Below, piece after piece: positions 11,701 to 20,500 of a DNA stretch of 64,000 nucleotides. The notes under the pieces are model-generated. The model saw only the letters and a program-made list of their open reading frames with translations, had not been told where the DNA came from and made no database searches. Location: NCBI GenBank assembly GCA_964234715.1, contig OZ174275.1. The stretch is one strand, 5' to 3'. Each line of letters begins with the position of its first letter. Position 1 is the stretch's first letter. The DNA comes from Podarcis melisellensis (taxonomy: Eukaryota). Made by a program: the position numbers and the translations under genes.

Positions 11701-12686
11701 AAACCATAAGGGTGGGGGATCAAGTGTGGTTGTCAACCCAAGGGTTGCCGTTCAAAGGGGGTTGTAAGAAACTGAGGCCCAGAAGATTGGGACCCTTTGA
11801 GGTGATTCAGCAGGTCAACCCGGTAGCTTTCAAACTCCGATTACCCAATCACATGAAATTGCACCCAGTGTTCCACAGGTCGTTACTGTCACCATACAGG
11901 GGAGGAGGTGAAGGGGAGCACGTCAGGGGACCAGCCTTGGAAGAGAGGGAACGCCGCAACCATGTAGCGGAAATCCTCGATTCCAGGTGGAAGGGAAATC
12001 AGGTGGAGTATTTAGTGGCGTGGGAAGGGGAACCGGAGTCAGAAAACACCTGGGTAAGTGCGCAGGAAGTCAATGACGAGGTTTTAACAGAAACGTTCCA
12101 TCAAAGGTTCCCGAGGAAACCTCAGCCGATAGCAAGGTTTAGGAGGGAGTATTTCGGCACCACCGATGAGGAAGAGGAAATGGAAGGGTTCGCGGAGTCG
12201 GAGTTGGAAGAGGGAGTGGACTCTGATGACGAAGAGTACCTAGAGAGTAGGAACAGCAACAAGTGGAAGGAAGTGTTCGCGACGTCGGAAGATGAGGGAG
12301 GTTCTTTCAAGGGTTTTACCTCCTCACCGCCAGTAGGAGAGGAGACGGGAGGGGGTGAAGGGGGCCCTGGAGGGGAGGTGGATGTCAGGGAACTGACATC
12401 TAAAGCGACGGAGGCGCAAAGGCTCACTGAGGGTGAGAGAGCAGTAGCAGCGGAAGAGGGAACCAGTAGAGGGCGAGCAAGAACTCCAAGGGAAAGTGAG
12501 TCGGAGGGATGGCTCAGAGACGCTTCAAGCGAAACCAGTGGGGAGGTCTCAGGACCTCCTATAGGGACACCCACACCTCGACGGAAACTGTCACGCCGAG
12601 AGGCCAGACGACGTGTTTCCGTTAAGGAGCTTTTATGTTGGAAACGTTTCCGAAAGCAGCCACTTTCGGATTCTACTAGTGATTGA
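8784..12686 (+). CDS. pol: Pol polyprotein: aspartic protease, RT, RNase H, integrase, chromodomain, acidic/basic C-terminal extension (frame open from 8616, -1 relative to gag)
   Basis: LLDSGS (PR); LDLRGAY and FLDD (RT); ETDASD, RELLAI, TDHKNL, ADALSR (RH); HDSPTAGH...CDQC, IDF, SDRG, GPF (IN); ILDSR...YLVAWEG...ENTW (chromodomain). Confidence 0.96.
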   Translation: MKVPMPEPPRPALVIEVLLELPNGHPLKVKALLDSGSSCNFMSKEFAAEHQIQTIPLSNPLQVTTIDGRELLGGEVSQQTVPMIMRVARHTEQIAFNVAILGMSWLALHDPLVGWHQRVVSFGSAHCLEHCKEGKVSGGDRVTLAGMEVMDKGKVPPQYADLSNVFSEREADKLPPHRPFDCQINLLPGAQLPVGKLYAMSDREMQELREFIDKNLKRGFIRESRAVGGSPVFFVDKKNTDKPRLVCDFRALNAVSEPLAFPMPRIDDILTRVRKGKIFTKLDLRGAYNLIRIRKGDEWKTTMFTPLGAFEYLVMPFGLQGGSACFQAFINHVLGPLLYKNCVAFLDDVLVYSENEEQHVRDVREVLGRLQANQLWVKLEKCQFHTKEVEFLGYRLSDKGLAMDPGKVQAVLEWKTPKTKKDVQRFLGFGNFYRKFIKNFAHLTAPITDCLSSKKKFVWTAEADRAFEELKRAFASEEQLLHVDLRKPMRVETDASDRAVGAVLLQPGRSASEWRPCAFFSRKLNKSERNYTVYDRELLAIHEAFRRWRHLLIGAQHKVQVCTDHKNLEYWRTARVLNQRQVRWAQEFSKFNFEICYVPGPENVRADALSRKPEYWEGEGVIEERHVIPEDRWVCGAAMVGQRELVEETENDEYAQDKLRGLRGEGESPGGFEERNGALYYKGALYIPEGELRGRVLKQLHDSPTAGHFGQHKTMWLVTREFWWPKVREDVREYVRGCDQCQRAKGERRAPAGLLEPLPTPERPWEAISIDFMTDLPRSKGKTAIMVVVDLLTKMCHFVACSHAVTAEETAKLFVEHIFRLHGAPSRVISDRGKQFTSRFWRKLMSLLHVEVNFSTARHPETNGQAKRANGILQQYLRCYVNDRENDWVEKLALAEFAYNNAENVSTGMSPFLANYGCHPRAFPGEGGERWSVPAAEHFVEEMEAIHQQLQLNLERAKAQYKKQADKNRREGETIRVGDQVWLSTQGLPFKGGCKKLRPRRLGPFEVIQQVNPVAFKLRLPNHMKLHPVFHRSLLSPYRGGGEGEHVRGPALEERERRNHVAEILDSRWKGNQVEYLVAWEGEPESENTWVSAQEVNDEVLTETFHQRFPRKPQPIARFRREYFGTTDEEEEMEGFAESELEEGVDSDDEEYLESRNSNKWKEVFATSEDEGGSFKGFTSSPPVGEETGGGEGGPGGEVDVRELTSKATEAQRLTEGERAVAAEEGTSRGRARTPRESESEGWLRDASSETSGEVSGPPIGTPTPRRKLSRREARRRVSVKELLCWKRFRKQPLSDSTSD
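12369..12382 (+). promoter_or_regulatory. Polypurine tract
   Basis: GGAGGGGAGGTGGA directly before the TG of the 3' LTR. Confidence 0.85.
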
Positions 12687-12790
12687 CGCAGCCATGCTGG
12701 AGGGGCTCCGTCACAGGCAGAGGTTTGAAAGCCTGATCAAACTCTGAGGGACTTGCATTTTACGCACAAGCAGCTCATCGTCCCATCACA
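12383..12790 (+). repeat. 3' LTR (408 bp); first ~300 nt lie inside the pol ORF
   Basis: Direct repeat of 7313-7720, followed by TSD TCATA; pol stop codon ends at 12686. Confidence 0.97.
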
Positions 12791-13521
12791 TCATAGTTTC
12801 ATTTGCAAAAAAAAACCCCCAACATCACTGCATATTACTTTTAATCATCATAATCTAATAATAGATTTCTCCATTCCCCTCAAAATACTATACTGGAGGT
12901 ATCTTAGAGATCTGTCATCTGATAAGTTCATTGCTACTCACCATCCAAACAGCTTTGCTGTGCTAATATATTTTGGGAAGTTCATTAGTTGTTCATCTGT
13001 TCTTTTCTCCTCCCCCTCATCCTAAGAGGCTGCCATAATATAAAATACCATTTCCCCAGCATGAAAAAAATGTCAGGGATCCTGACCTTAACGCCAGGAA
13101 AAAATGGAATGGAAGCCAATAGTAGCAACCGCCATAGCGTTTTATCCTTGAAGCAAATCTCATCACAGCTGAACTGTGATTTTAGCAACAGTATTTCTTT
13201 ATTACAACTACTTCTTAGCAGCAGTAGTAATGTGTTAATGATACTGCATTGTTAAGTGAATAGCTAAAGATGGGACAAGGATGAAACAGAAGTCTCAGTT
13301 CTCGGATAATGTCAGTGATCTCAGCAGCAAAAAATTACTTTAAACTAAAACGAAGATACAGCTACAGATGACCAGCAATAGTAAAACAGGTTATGCATTC
13401 TCATTACACTGGAGAATTAGAGTTCCATTTTGGCATACAGGATTTCATAAAGCGTACTTTTAGATTCATACAAATTTCATCCACATTGAAGAACGTGGAA
13501 ATAGCTTTAGAAATCAATTAC

Positions 13522-13590
13522 CTGTTTCAGTATTATTAACAAAACTCTTTAGTCGTCTTCCAACAGCACAACATTACTTAAATACTGTAA
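13522..13590 (-). other. Possible non-coding exon
   Basis: Minus-strand acceptor TATTCTACTTACTTCAG and donor CAG|GTAATT; splice-site appearance only. Confidence 0.2.
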
Positions 13591-13679
13591 CTGAAGTAAG
13601 TAGAATACAGTCCAAGTTCTGCTTCACAACTATAATTTCATCCAGACAGACAAGTTCTGTTACCTTCTGTTACCTACCT

Positions 13680-13995
13680 TTAGCTTGGCGGCCTCTACCC
13701 ACCAAGGTAGGTAACTCCCTCCCATCAGACAGGCGCCTCCTCTATTGTTTTTTTGGTACCTGTTGAAAACACTTTTCTTTCAACAAGTCTTCGAAGTACT
13801 GTAAAGTCTTTTCCCCCAGCTGGTTTGGATTTGCACTGATTTTAAATATCCGTTTTTGCTGTTCTTTTAAATTGTTTTGATATACATGGTTGGTTTTCTA
13901 TATGAAAATGTTTTAGCTGTTCTGTGTATGTTTTTCGTTGTCCTGTAAATTGCTTTGGGATGTCTCAGGAGAAGTGATCATAAATGAAATAAATG
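13680..13995 (+). mobile_element. L2 3' end fragment
   Basis: GGTAACTCCCTCCCATCAGACAGGCGCCTCC...TTGAAAACACTTTTCTTT resembles the L2 ORF2 end, followed by a T-rich 3' UTR and an A-rich tail. Confidence 0.45.
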
Positions 13996-15237
13996 AATGA
14001 ATGAGTAATACAAATTCAGCCATAAGACCCCACAACGCTAGATAAGTTTGTGCTCAATCTTTCTCCAAAGATCCAGATTGTGTATATTCAGAGTGAGTAA
14101 AGATATGCAATGTTTGTCATTTCCACTGTGATCAGCACCCCCCCCAAACCTCTCTCAGGTCTTTAGTGATATACTATACAAGTATAAATGCAACCTCCAA
14201 CCTTATGATGCATTTCACTAGAACACTAGAAAGCCTTCTTTCTCCTGCTTTTTTCTTTAGTGCCAATAGTAAGCTCTAGCATCTCTCTTACATAACTTTC
14301 ACACGTCACAATCACCAGGCAAAATTTTAATAATTCTCTTGATGTTCTACACACCAGGACCTTAACTGAGAGGCTCATATGCATAGGCCTCATGTTCTCT
14401 TCTACAAGTACTACTAGACCTAGACCTTTCTCACATTACAGAGTTCTCTCTTAGCCAGGATACGAAGCCACTTTCAAATCCCGGAAAAATGGAAACTAGC
14501 CATGGTAAATCGTGACGCCAGTGTAATAATGGATCAGGCCAGGAGGAATAGGGGAGAGGGAATTTGTATTCAAGATGGGAAGGAGCACACACTCTTATAC
14601 CCAGCACAATCCTTCAGCCACAATGAAGAACAAGCCATACGGCATCCTGGCAGATGCATAATATTAATCATAATCAGTACAACCATAACATTTCCCATCT
14701 CCTAACTACAGTTAGGAAATCTGAAGCATTCTCCATCTCCTTTCCCCCACCCCTTCAGATGCAAATTAACACTTTCCTGTTCAGAACTATGAAGCAACAT
14801 TATGCCTGTACTAATATCAGCACTAAACCTTTAGTTGTTAAAACCAACCTGCTTCTAACAGTGGTTACAAGCTCTATTTCTGGAATTACCTCCAGTTAGT
14901 ATTATTATATGCAAGGAAAGGAAAGGAGAGATCTTAATGAATCTGCAGCCCTCCCCAAATCATTCACTTCATTAATTAAAGGCCAAGCTGCATTTTCACG
15001 AGTTTCACTTTAAGGAGGAATGTGCTTGTTCAGTGAGAGACCTTCAACAGCTAAGAAAATCACATGAAGAGTGTTTCTCTGTTTGTCATCTAATTATAGC
15101 CTAGACAGAGCTATGTAGTAGTCCCAGGGCAATCCCTGGACTAACAAAAAGGGCAGAGCTCATGGAAGCTTCCATACTCCCAACTCTTGGAAGCTGTGCT
15201 ATCCCAGAGAAAGTAACAGCTTCAGCAGAACCTCTTA

Positions 15238-16404
15238 CCGTATTTTTCGCACCATAGGACGCACCGGACAATAGGACGCACCTTGTTTTAGAGGGAGGAG
15301 AACAAGGAAAAAAAATTCTTCCGCTCTCTGACCAGTGCCCCTTCAGCAAAGCGGCAGGAAGCGCTGCGCAGAGAGTGGGAGAATTTTCCCCCTCTTGTTT
15401 TCCCACTCTAAAACAAGGTGCCATTTAAGGTGCGTTCAGGTGGCTACCTTGGAAGCCTGGAGAGCTAGAGGGGTCAGTGCGCACCGACCCCTCTCGCTCT
15501 CCTGGCTTCAGGTTCCTTTCGACCTGCTCTTTGGGGCTGGCGGGGGGAAGCCCACCACCAGCCCCAAAGAGCAGGTCTGGGAGCAGTGGAAAGGCGCAGC
15601 GGAGAGGCTGCTGCCATACTCACGCGTCACTTCTCCAGCTGGGAGAGGGTCGCGGGGCTATGGCTTCTTTATCCCCGTCCGCGCTCTCCCGGCTGGAGAG
15701 GTGACGCACGGCTATTGAGGCTCCTGCCATAGCCGCGCGTCACCTCTCCAGCCGGGAGAGGGTCGCGAGGGGCTGCTTTAGTCCCGCGCGCGCTCTCCCG
15801 GCTGGAGAGGTGATGCGCGGCTATGGAGGCTCCTGCCATAGCCGCGCGTCACCTCTCCAGCCGGGAGAGGGTCGTGAGGGGCTGCTTTAGCTCCGCGCGC
15901 GCTCTCCGGGCTGGAGAGGTGACGCGCGGTTATGGAGGCTCCTGCCATAGCCGCGCGTCGCCTCTCCAGCCGGGAGAGTGTCGCGGGGGGCTGCTTTAGC
16001 TCCGCGCGCGCTCTCCGGGCTGGAGAGGTGACGCGCGGTTATGGAGGCTCCTGCCAGAGCCGCGCGTCACCTCTCCAGCCGGGAGAGCGTCACGAGGGGC
16101 TGCTTTAGCTCCGCGCGCGCTCTCCGGGCTGGAGAGGTGACGCGCGGCTATGGAGGCTCCTGCCATAGCCGCGCGTCACCTCTCCAGCCGGGAGAGGGTC
16201 GCGAGGGGCTGCTTTAGCTCCGCGCGAGCTCTCCCGGCTGGAGAGGTGACGCGCGGCTATGGAGGCACCTGCCTGAGCCGCGCGTCACCTCTCCAACCGG
16301 GAGAGGGTCGCGGGGCTATGGTGTCTTCGCTCCATAGGACGCACACACATTTCCCCTTCATTTTTGAAGGGGAAAAAGTGCGTCCTATAGAGCGAAAAAT
16401 ACGG
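15238..16404 (+). mobile_element. Tc2/pogo-type MITE containing a tandem palindrome array
   Basis: TA|CCGTATTTTTCGCACCATAGGACGCAC...GTGCGTCCTATAGAGCGAAAAATACGG|TA. Confidence 0.9.
15603..16321. repeat. GC-rich minisatellite, 109-bp unit, ~6.5 copies, built of alternating 34-bp inverted arms
   Basis: C(T/A)CCTGCC recurs at 15721, 15830, 15939, 16048, 16157 and 16266. Confidence 0.95.
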
Positions 16405-17019
16405 TAATTTACTCTCAGGAAGAAACCCTCAGGGCCATGATGTAATTAGTAAGAGCTCTGCATTAATCCTACACAACACTTCAGGTTTCTACCTAGCATT
16501 AAGAAGACAAACTTAGGAATTTCACATCACCTTTGTTCCAAAGGCCTGGGGGCTTCCCTGAGTCATGCCCGATGAGCTAAGGTCCTAAGAACCTTAGAAG
16601 TCAGTATTTGGGAGCTTCTGCACACTTCCTTCTAGGGTCCATAATTTGGATGAAAAATAGAAGGCAGTTCTAAGAAGACAGTTGAAAGCTTTTCCTGAAA
16701 AACAGAGATAATTTCTAACAACAGAGAACTAAAGCAAACGTATTACTTCTTTGGCTCAGCTCTGTTTAATTTCCAACTCTTAACTCTTTTATATTGAGAT
16801 TGGGCAATGGCTTTTCATTTGCAGCTGCATGCAAGACAAAAACCTGAGAATTATACCAGTCCCAACAGATGTCACTTCCCAGTGTTACCTTCCTGACCAC
16901 TCAAAGATATGCAAAGTTACAGCTCCAAATAAAAACTGAGGATAGTGTCAACCTGATCATTCTGCCAACGTCAAGCCATATGGACACCTCAACATGCTAA
17001 CATTTTCTTTTTAAAAGTC

Positions 17020-17642
17020 TTCTTTTAAAATGCATTGTTTATTGGTTTTTCCCCTTAACAGCACAAAGAAGGAAAAAGAAAATATATCAGCAAAACATGT
17101 CCATTCATAAAAACATTATACAAAATCAGGCACATGTGGAAACCAATAATAAAAAACAAGAAAGAGGGGAGAGGGAGTCAGACAGGAAAGGATAAAGCTC
17201 TGGCCGAGCCCGTACTACATGCATATTGCACCAATAGCTCTAGATGGGATCTCAGAAAAGTTGTGCCCTTTGCACCTCTAGGCAAAAGCAGCTTTTTCAT
17301 AAACTGCAAGAGAGGAAAGATTCTCCAACCAACAAGCTATGAGAGGAGCCTGTACTACATGCATATTGCACCAATAGCTCTAGATGGGATCTCAGAAAAG
17401 TTGTGCCCTTTGCACCTCTAGGCAAAAGCAGCTTTTTCATAAACTGCAAGAGAGGAAAGATTCTCCAACCAACAAGCTATGAGAGGAGCCATCCAGTCCT
17501 TCCAATGCTGTAAAACCTGTTGGTTAGCTACCAATAAAGCGTGCAGGATCCAGCTGTGTTGTCTCTCCTTCAAGTTCCAAAACACTTGGATATAATGTGT
17601 AACATGAACATACAAAGATTTCAGAGACATTCTCAGGAGCAA
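17020..17642 (-). mobile_element. L1/Tx1-like ORF2 C-terminal and 3' UTR fragment
   Basis: Minus ORF IQVFW...ILHALLVANQQVLQHWK...WLENLSSLAVYEK resembles the L1 ORF2 C-terminus; AATAAA near 17040 on the minus strand. Confidence 0.55.
17211..17490. repeat. 140-bp tandem duplication
   Basis: 17211-17350 equals 17351-17490 apart from the first base. Confidence 0.95.
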
Positions 17643-18402
17643 ATTTATTTGAGATTTACACCCCCAAATAAGCCACTACAGGGCGAAACCAGGTCATCCT
17701 CACCACAAAACTGGCAGGTGCCAGTGGATATAATGCAGTCACTCACTGAAGATTTCATGCCAAACAGTAGTTAGACTCACTTGTTTGTATATCAAATATT
17801 GCAACATAAAAAACATTATTGTAATCACCACTTAAGCAAGGCATAATATTTAACATGGTAACATAGCTTCTATATTTTATGTTACATAATATATCTAGCA
17901 CTACTTACAGTGGCATTAAGCAGTAACTGCACCTAAGAAATAATACCTTCAGAAGTAGACAATTCTGATAGCATAGAACTATAATACTATGTCCAGGTAA
18001 AATACTACCCATACTGAAACAGTTAAAAGACCTGAAGATAAGCATTTACTATGAAATGTTATGTTCCACCCACATTTATCATCGTTCCATTTCTGGTTGC
18101 TACCTCTCTGTTACCTCCCTGAAGACAACAAAAAACACCCATCACAAATGTGAGGAAAAAAGAAACAGTGCCTATGAAAAGAATCCTCTCATTTCCTTAT
18201 GATTCAGCATGAATACACTGATAATTCATCCTCACTATTAGAAAAAGAAACTACAGCATACTAGTCATGTGAGTCTGTCTACCAATAGAGGCACTTCAGA
18301 AGACATTTTCTGCTTAATAGTCAACTAAATCGAATAAGAAAGGGTTTCCTCTTCATGTCCCACTGGGTAAATTAATATACACATGTGCTAAGTTGTCCCT
18401 AA

Positions 18403-18702
18403 GTTGTCGAATCCCCGCGGCGGGGTGCGCTCCCGTTGCTCGGTCCCAGCGCCTGCCAACCTAGCAGTTCGAAAGCACCCCGGGGTGCAAGTAGATAAAT
18501 AGGGACCGCTTACTAGCGGGAAGGTAAACGGTGTTTCCGTGTGCAGCTCTGGCTCGCCAGAGCAGTGATGTCACGCTGGCCACGTGACCCGGAAGTGTCT
18601 CCGGACAGCGCTGGCCCCTGGCCTCTTAAGTGAGATGGGCGCACAACCCCAGAGTCTGTCAAGACTGGCCCGCACGGGCAGGGGTGCCTTTACCTTTACC
18701 TT
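18403..18702 (+). mobile_element. Sauria SINE, 5'-truncated, young
   Basis: CCTGCCAACCTAGCAGTTCGAAAGCA core, (ACCTTT)n tail, 14-bp TSD TAAGTTGTCCCTAA (18389-18402 and 18703-18716), CpGs intact. Confidence 0.9.
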
Positions 18703-19566
18703 TAAGTTGTCCCTAAATCAGTAAGGACAACTCATTTTACTGTTCCAAGTTTAGAAACAGTGCATTCTGAACTTTCAGGTCAGTACAAGTTGCATTCAAC
18801 ATGTAAAAACACACACCCATAAACCTAAGAGCTGACCCCTCTCTGTAACTGCTTTGAACAGGTGTCAAACTTCTTCACTGTAGTCCAGAAACCCTAACTA
18901 TCTGTAAGGAGAAATGTCTCTACCAAAGTACTCCAAACACTAAGCAAGACTCAAGTGTCCACATTCCATCCCTTGAATTTGTGATTTCTTTTCTGCTTGT
19001 CTTGTGACAGAATCCTATGCATGTTGATTTTCACTTGTCTCCCGCATGGAGCAACTGGTATTCCAAACAAAGTTTGAACACACAGCTGAAGTCCCTAAAG
19101 ACCTTTAGCGGATTTAAGATAAGTGCAGAAGTGAAATTATTTTCAGGGCCAGGACCAAACAGCACACTAGTAATATTTCTTTGATTTTTAACCCATGACT
19201 AATCCACTTCTCTTTATGCCATTGAGTGATCTGCTTTCTGATATTATAGAGGAGTATCACAGCCTAGAAGCAAGCAGCTGAACACTCACAGGAACTGGAG
19301 ATACCATATAATTCAGTCCTTTTTTTATAAAAAGAAGAAGAATTCAGTTCTAAGCAATGATTGTTAAATTGCTGAACAATAAATTTCAACAAGTTTGAAA
19401 CCACCACCTTGGCTGTACAAATCAGCTGAGCAGTTTCATAACAGTGCTTGCAACTAGGAGTTTGACTTTCCACCACCACCCATTTCTCCCAAAATAGGAG
19501 ATTATGGCTTTTGGCTTAGGTAGGATTAAATCTCATATTTGGCTTTGGCACTATGTAAGGACATAG

Positions 19567-19628
<62 letters not shown>

Positions 19629-19630
<2 letters not shown>

Positions 19631-19821
19631 TTTCGTAGATTTTCACGGGTACAGGAATGCAGGTTTTGGTGTCCTCGGGTGTCTTCCCGTGTAAAAGTTG
19701 GGGTGTCTAGGCGACGTTTCGACGAGGTCTCACTCGTCATCTTCAGGCTGGTGCTTTCGGCTTCTTGTTACTGGAACAGAGCTCTGTTTTACACGGGAAG
19801 ACACCCGAGGACACCAAAACC

Positions 19822-19825
<4 letters not shown>
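19629..19825 (-). mobile_element. Penelope-like pLTR fragment with inverted repeat, inserted in (AT)n
   Basis: 40-bp inverted repeat 19657-19696/19787-19826; minus-strand hammerhead-like core; (AT)n on both sides. Confidence 0.7.
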
Positions 19826-19860
<35 letters not shown>

Positions 19861-20379
19861 CAGAGAGCTAGAGGTCTTGCTAATCAAACTCTTTATACTC
19901 TCAGCACTTCAAAATCTGCATTAGTTTACAACTTATTTTTCAAAGAGAGAATTGCTTTACCCATCTGCAGTACAGATAATCATTACACCTTGATGTGCAA
20001 ATGAAGCTCAAGAAACAAACTTGTTTCAGCAATCAACTCCATAATATATGCATGGAAATATGTTTTATTATCTGTAAAATGCTTACATAACCTGCTTTAC
20101 CGCATTACTGTTTGAAGAGAGTCAGGCAACAGAATTAATAACTGAATATACTCTGTCAGTCAACATACTTTCATGAGACCAAAATAAATGGAAACTTCCT
20201 GAAATGGTTAAGGCAAGCCAAACTAAAAGTGGGACTTAGAACATTTTTTAAAATGAGCGAGCATAGACTGTGGTACACAGTATACCTCAAAGACAAGTAA
20301 ATTAATTTTGCTTTGAAAGGCTGTACTTATCATTCAGTCATGACAACTGAAATAGTTTCTCTTTAAACTTCCAGAGATA

Positions 20380-20500
20380 CAGTGGAACCTCGGTTTTCAA
20401 ATGTCTTAGCTGCCGAACGTTTCGGAAGCCGAACGCCGAAAACCTGGAAGTGAATGCTTCCATTTTCGAATGTGCCTCGGAAGTCAAATGGCTTCTGCGG
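20380..20500. mobile_element. Tigger-like MITE fragment (related to 48919-49140)
   Basis: TA|CAGTGGAACCTCG; GAACGCCGAAAACCTGGAAGTGAATGCTTCC matches the reverse complement of ~49060-49090. Confidence 0.7.

Larger units (their letters stand above)
7313..12790 (+). mobile_element. Full-length Ty3/Gypsy LTR retrotransposon (chromovirus, Tf1/sushi-like)
   Basis: Two 408-bp direct repeats TG...CA; 5-bp TSD TCATA at 7308-7312 and 12791-12795; internal order gag (CCHC), PR-RT-RH-IN-chromodomain; PPT before the 3' LTR. Confidence 0.98.

Noticed and set aside
12122-12574. Antisense ORFs in the retrotransposon (also 7286-7504, 8447-9082, 11006-11398)
   Set aside because: Mirror-frame by-products of a purine-rich coding strand; no recognisable domain.
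12123-12790. env-like third ORF
   Set aside because: The extension is in frame with pol and has no signal peptide or transmembrane segment.
15603-16321. CRISPR-like repeat-spacer array
   Set aside because: The spacers are themselves repeated rather than unique, there are no cas genes, and the array lies within MITE TIRs in eukaryotic DNA.
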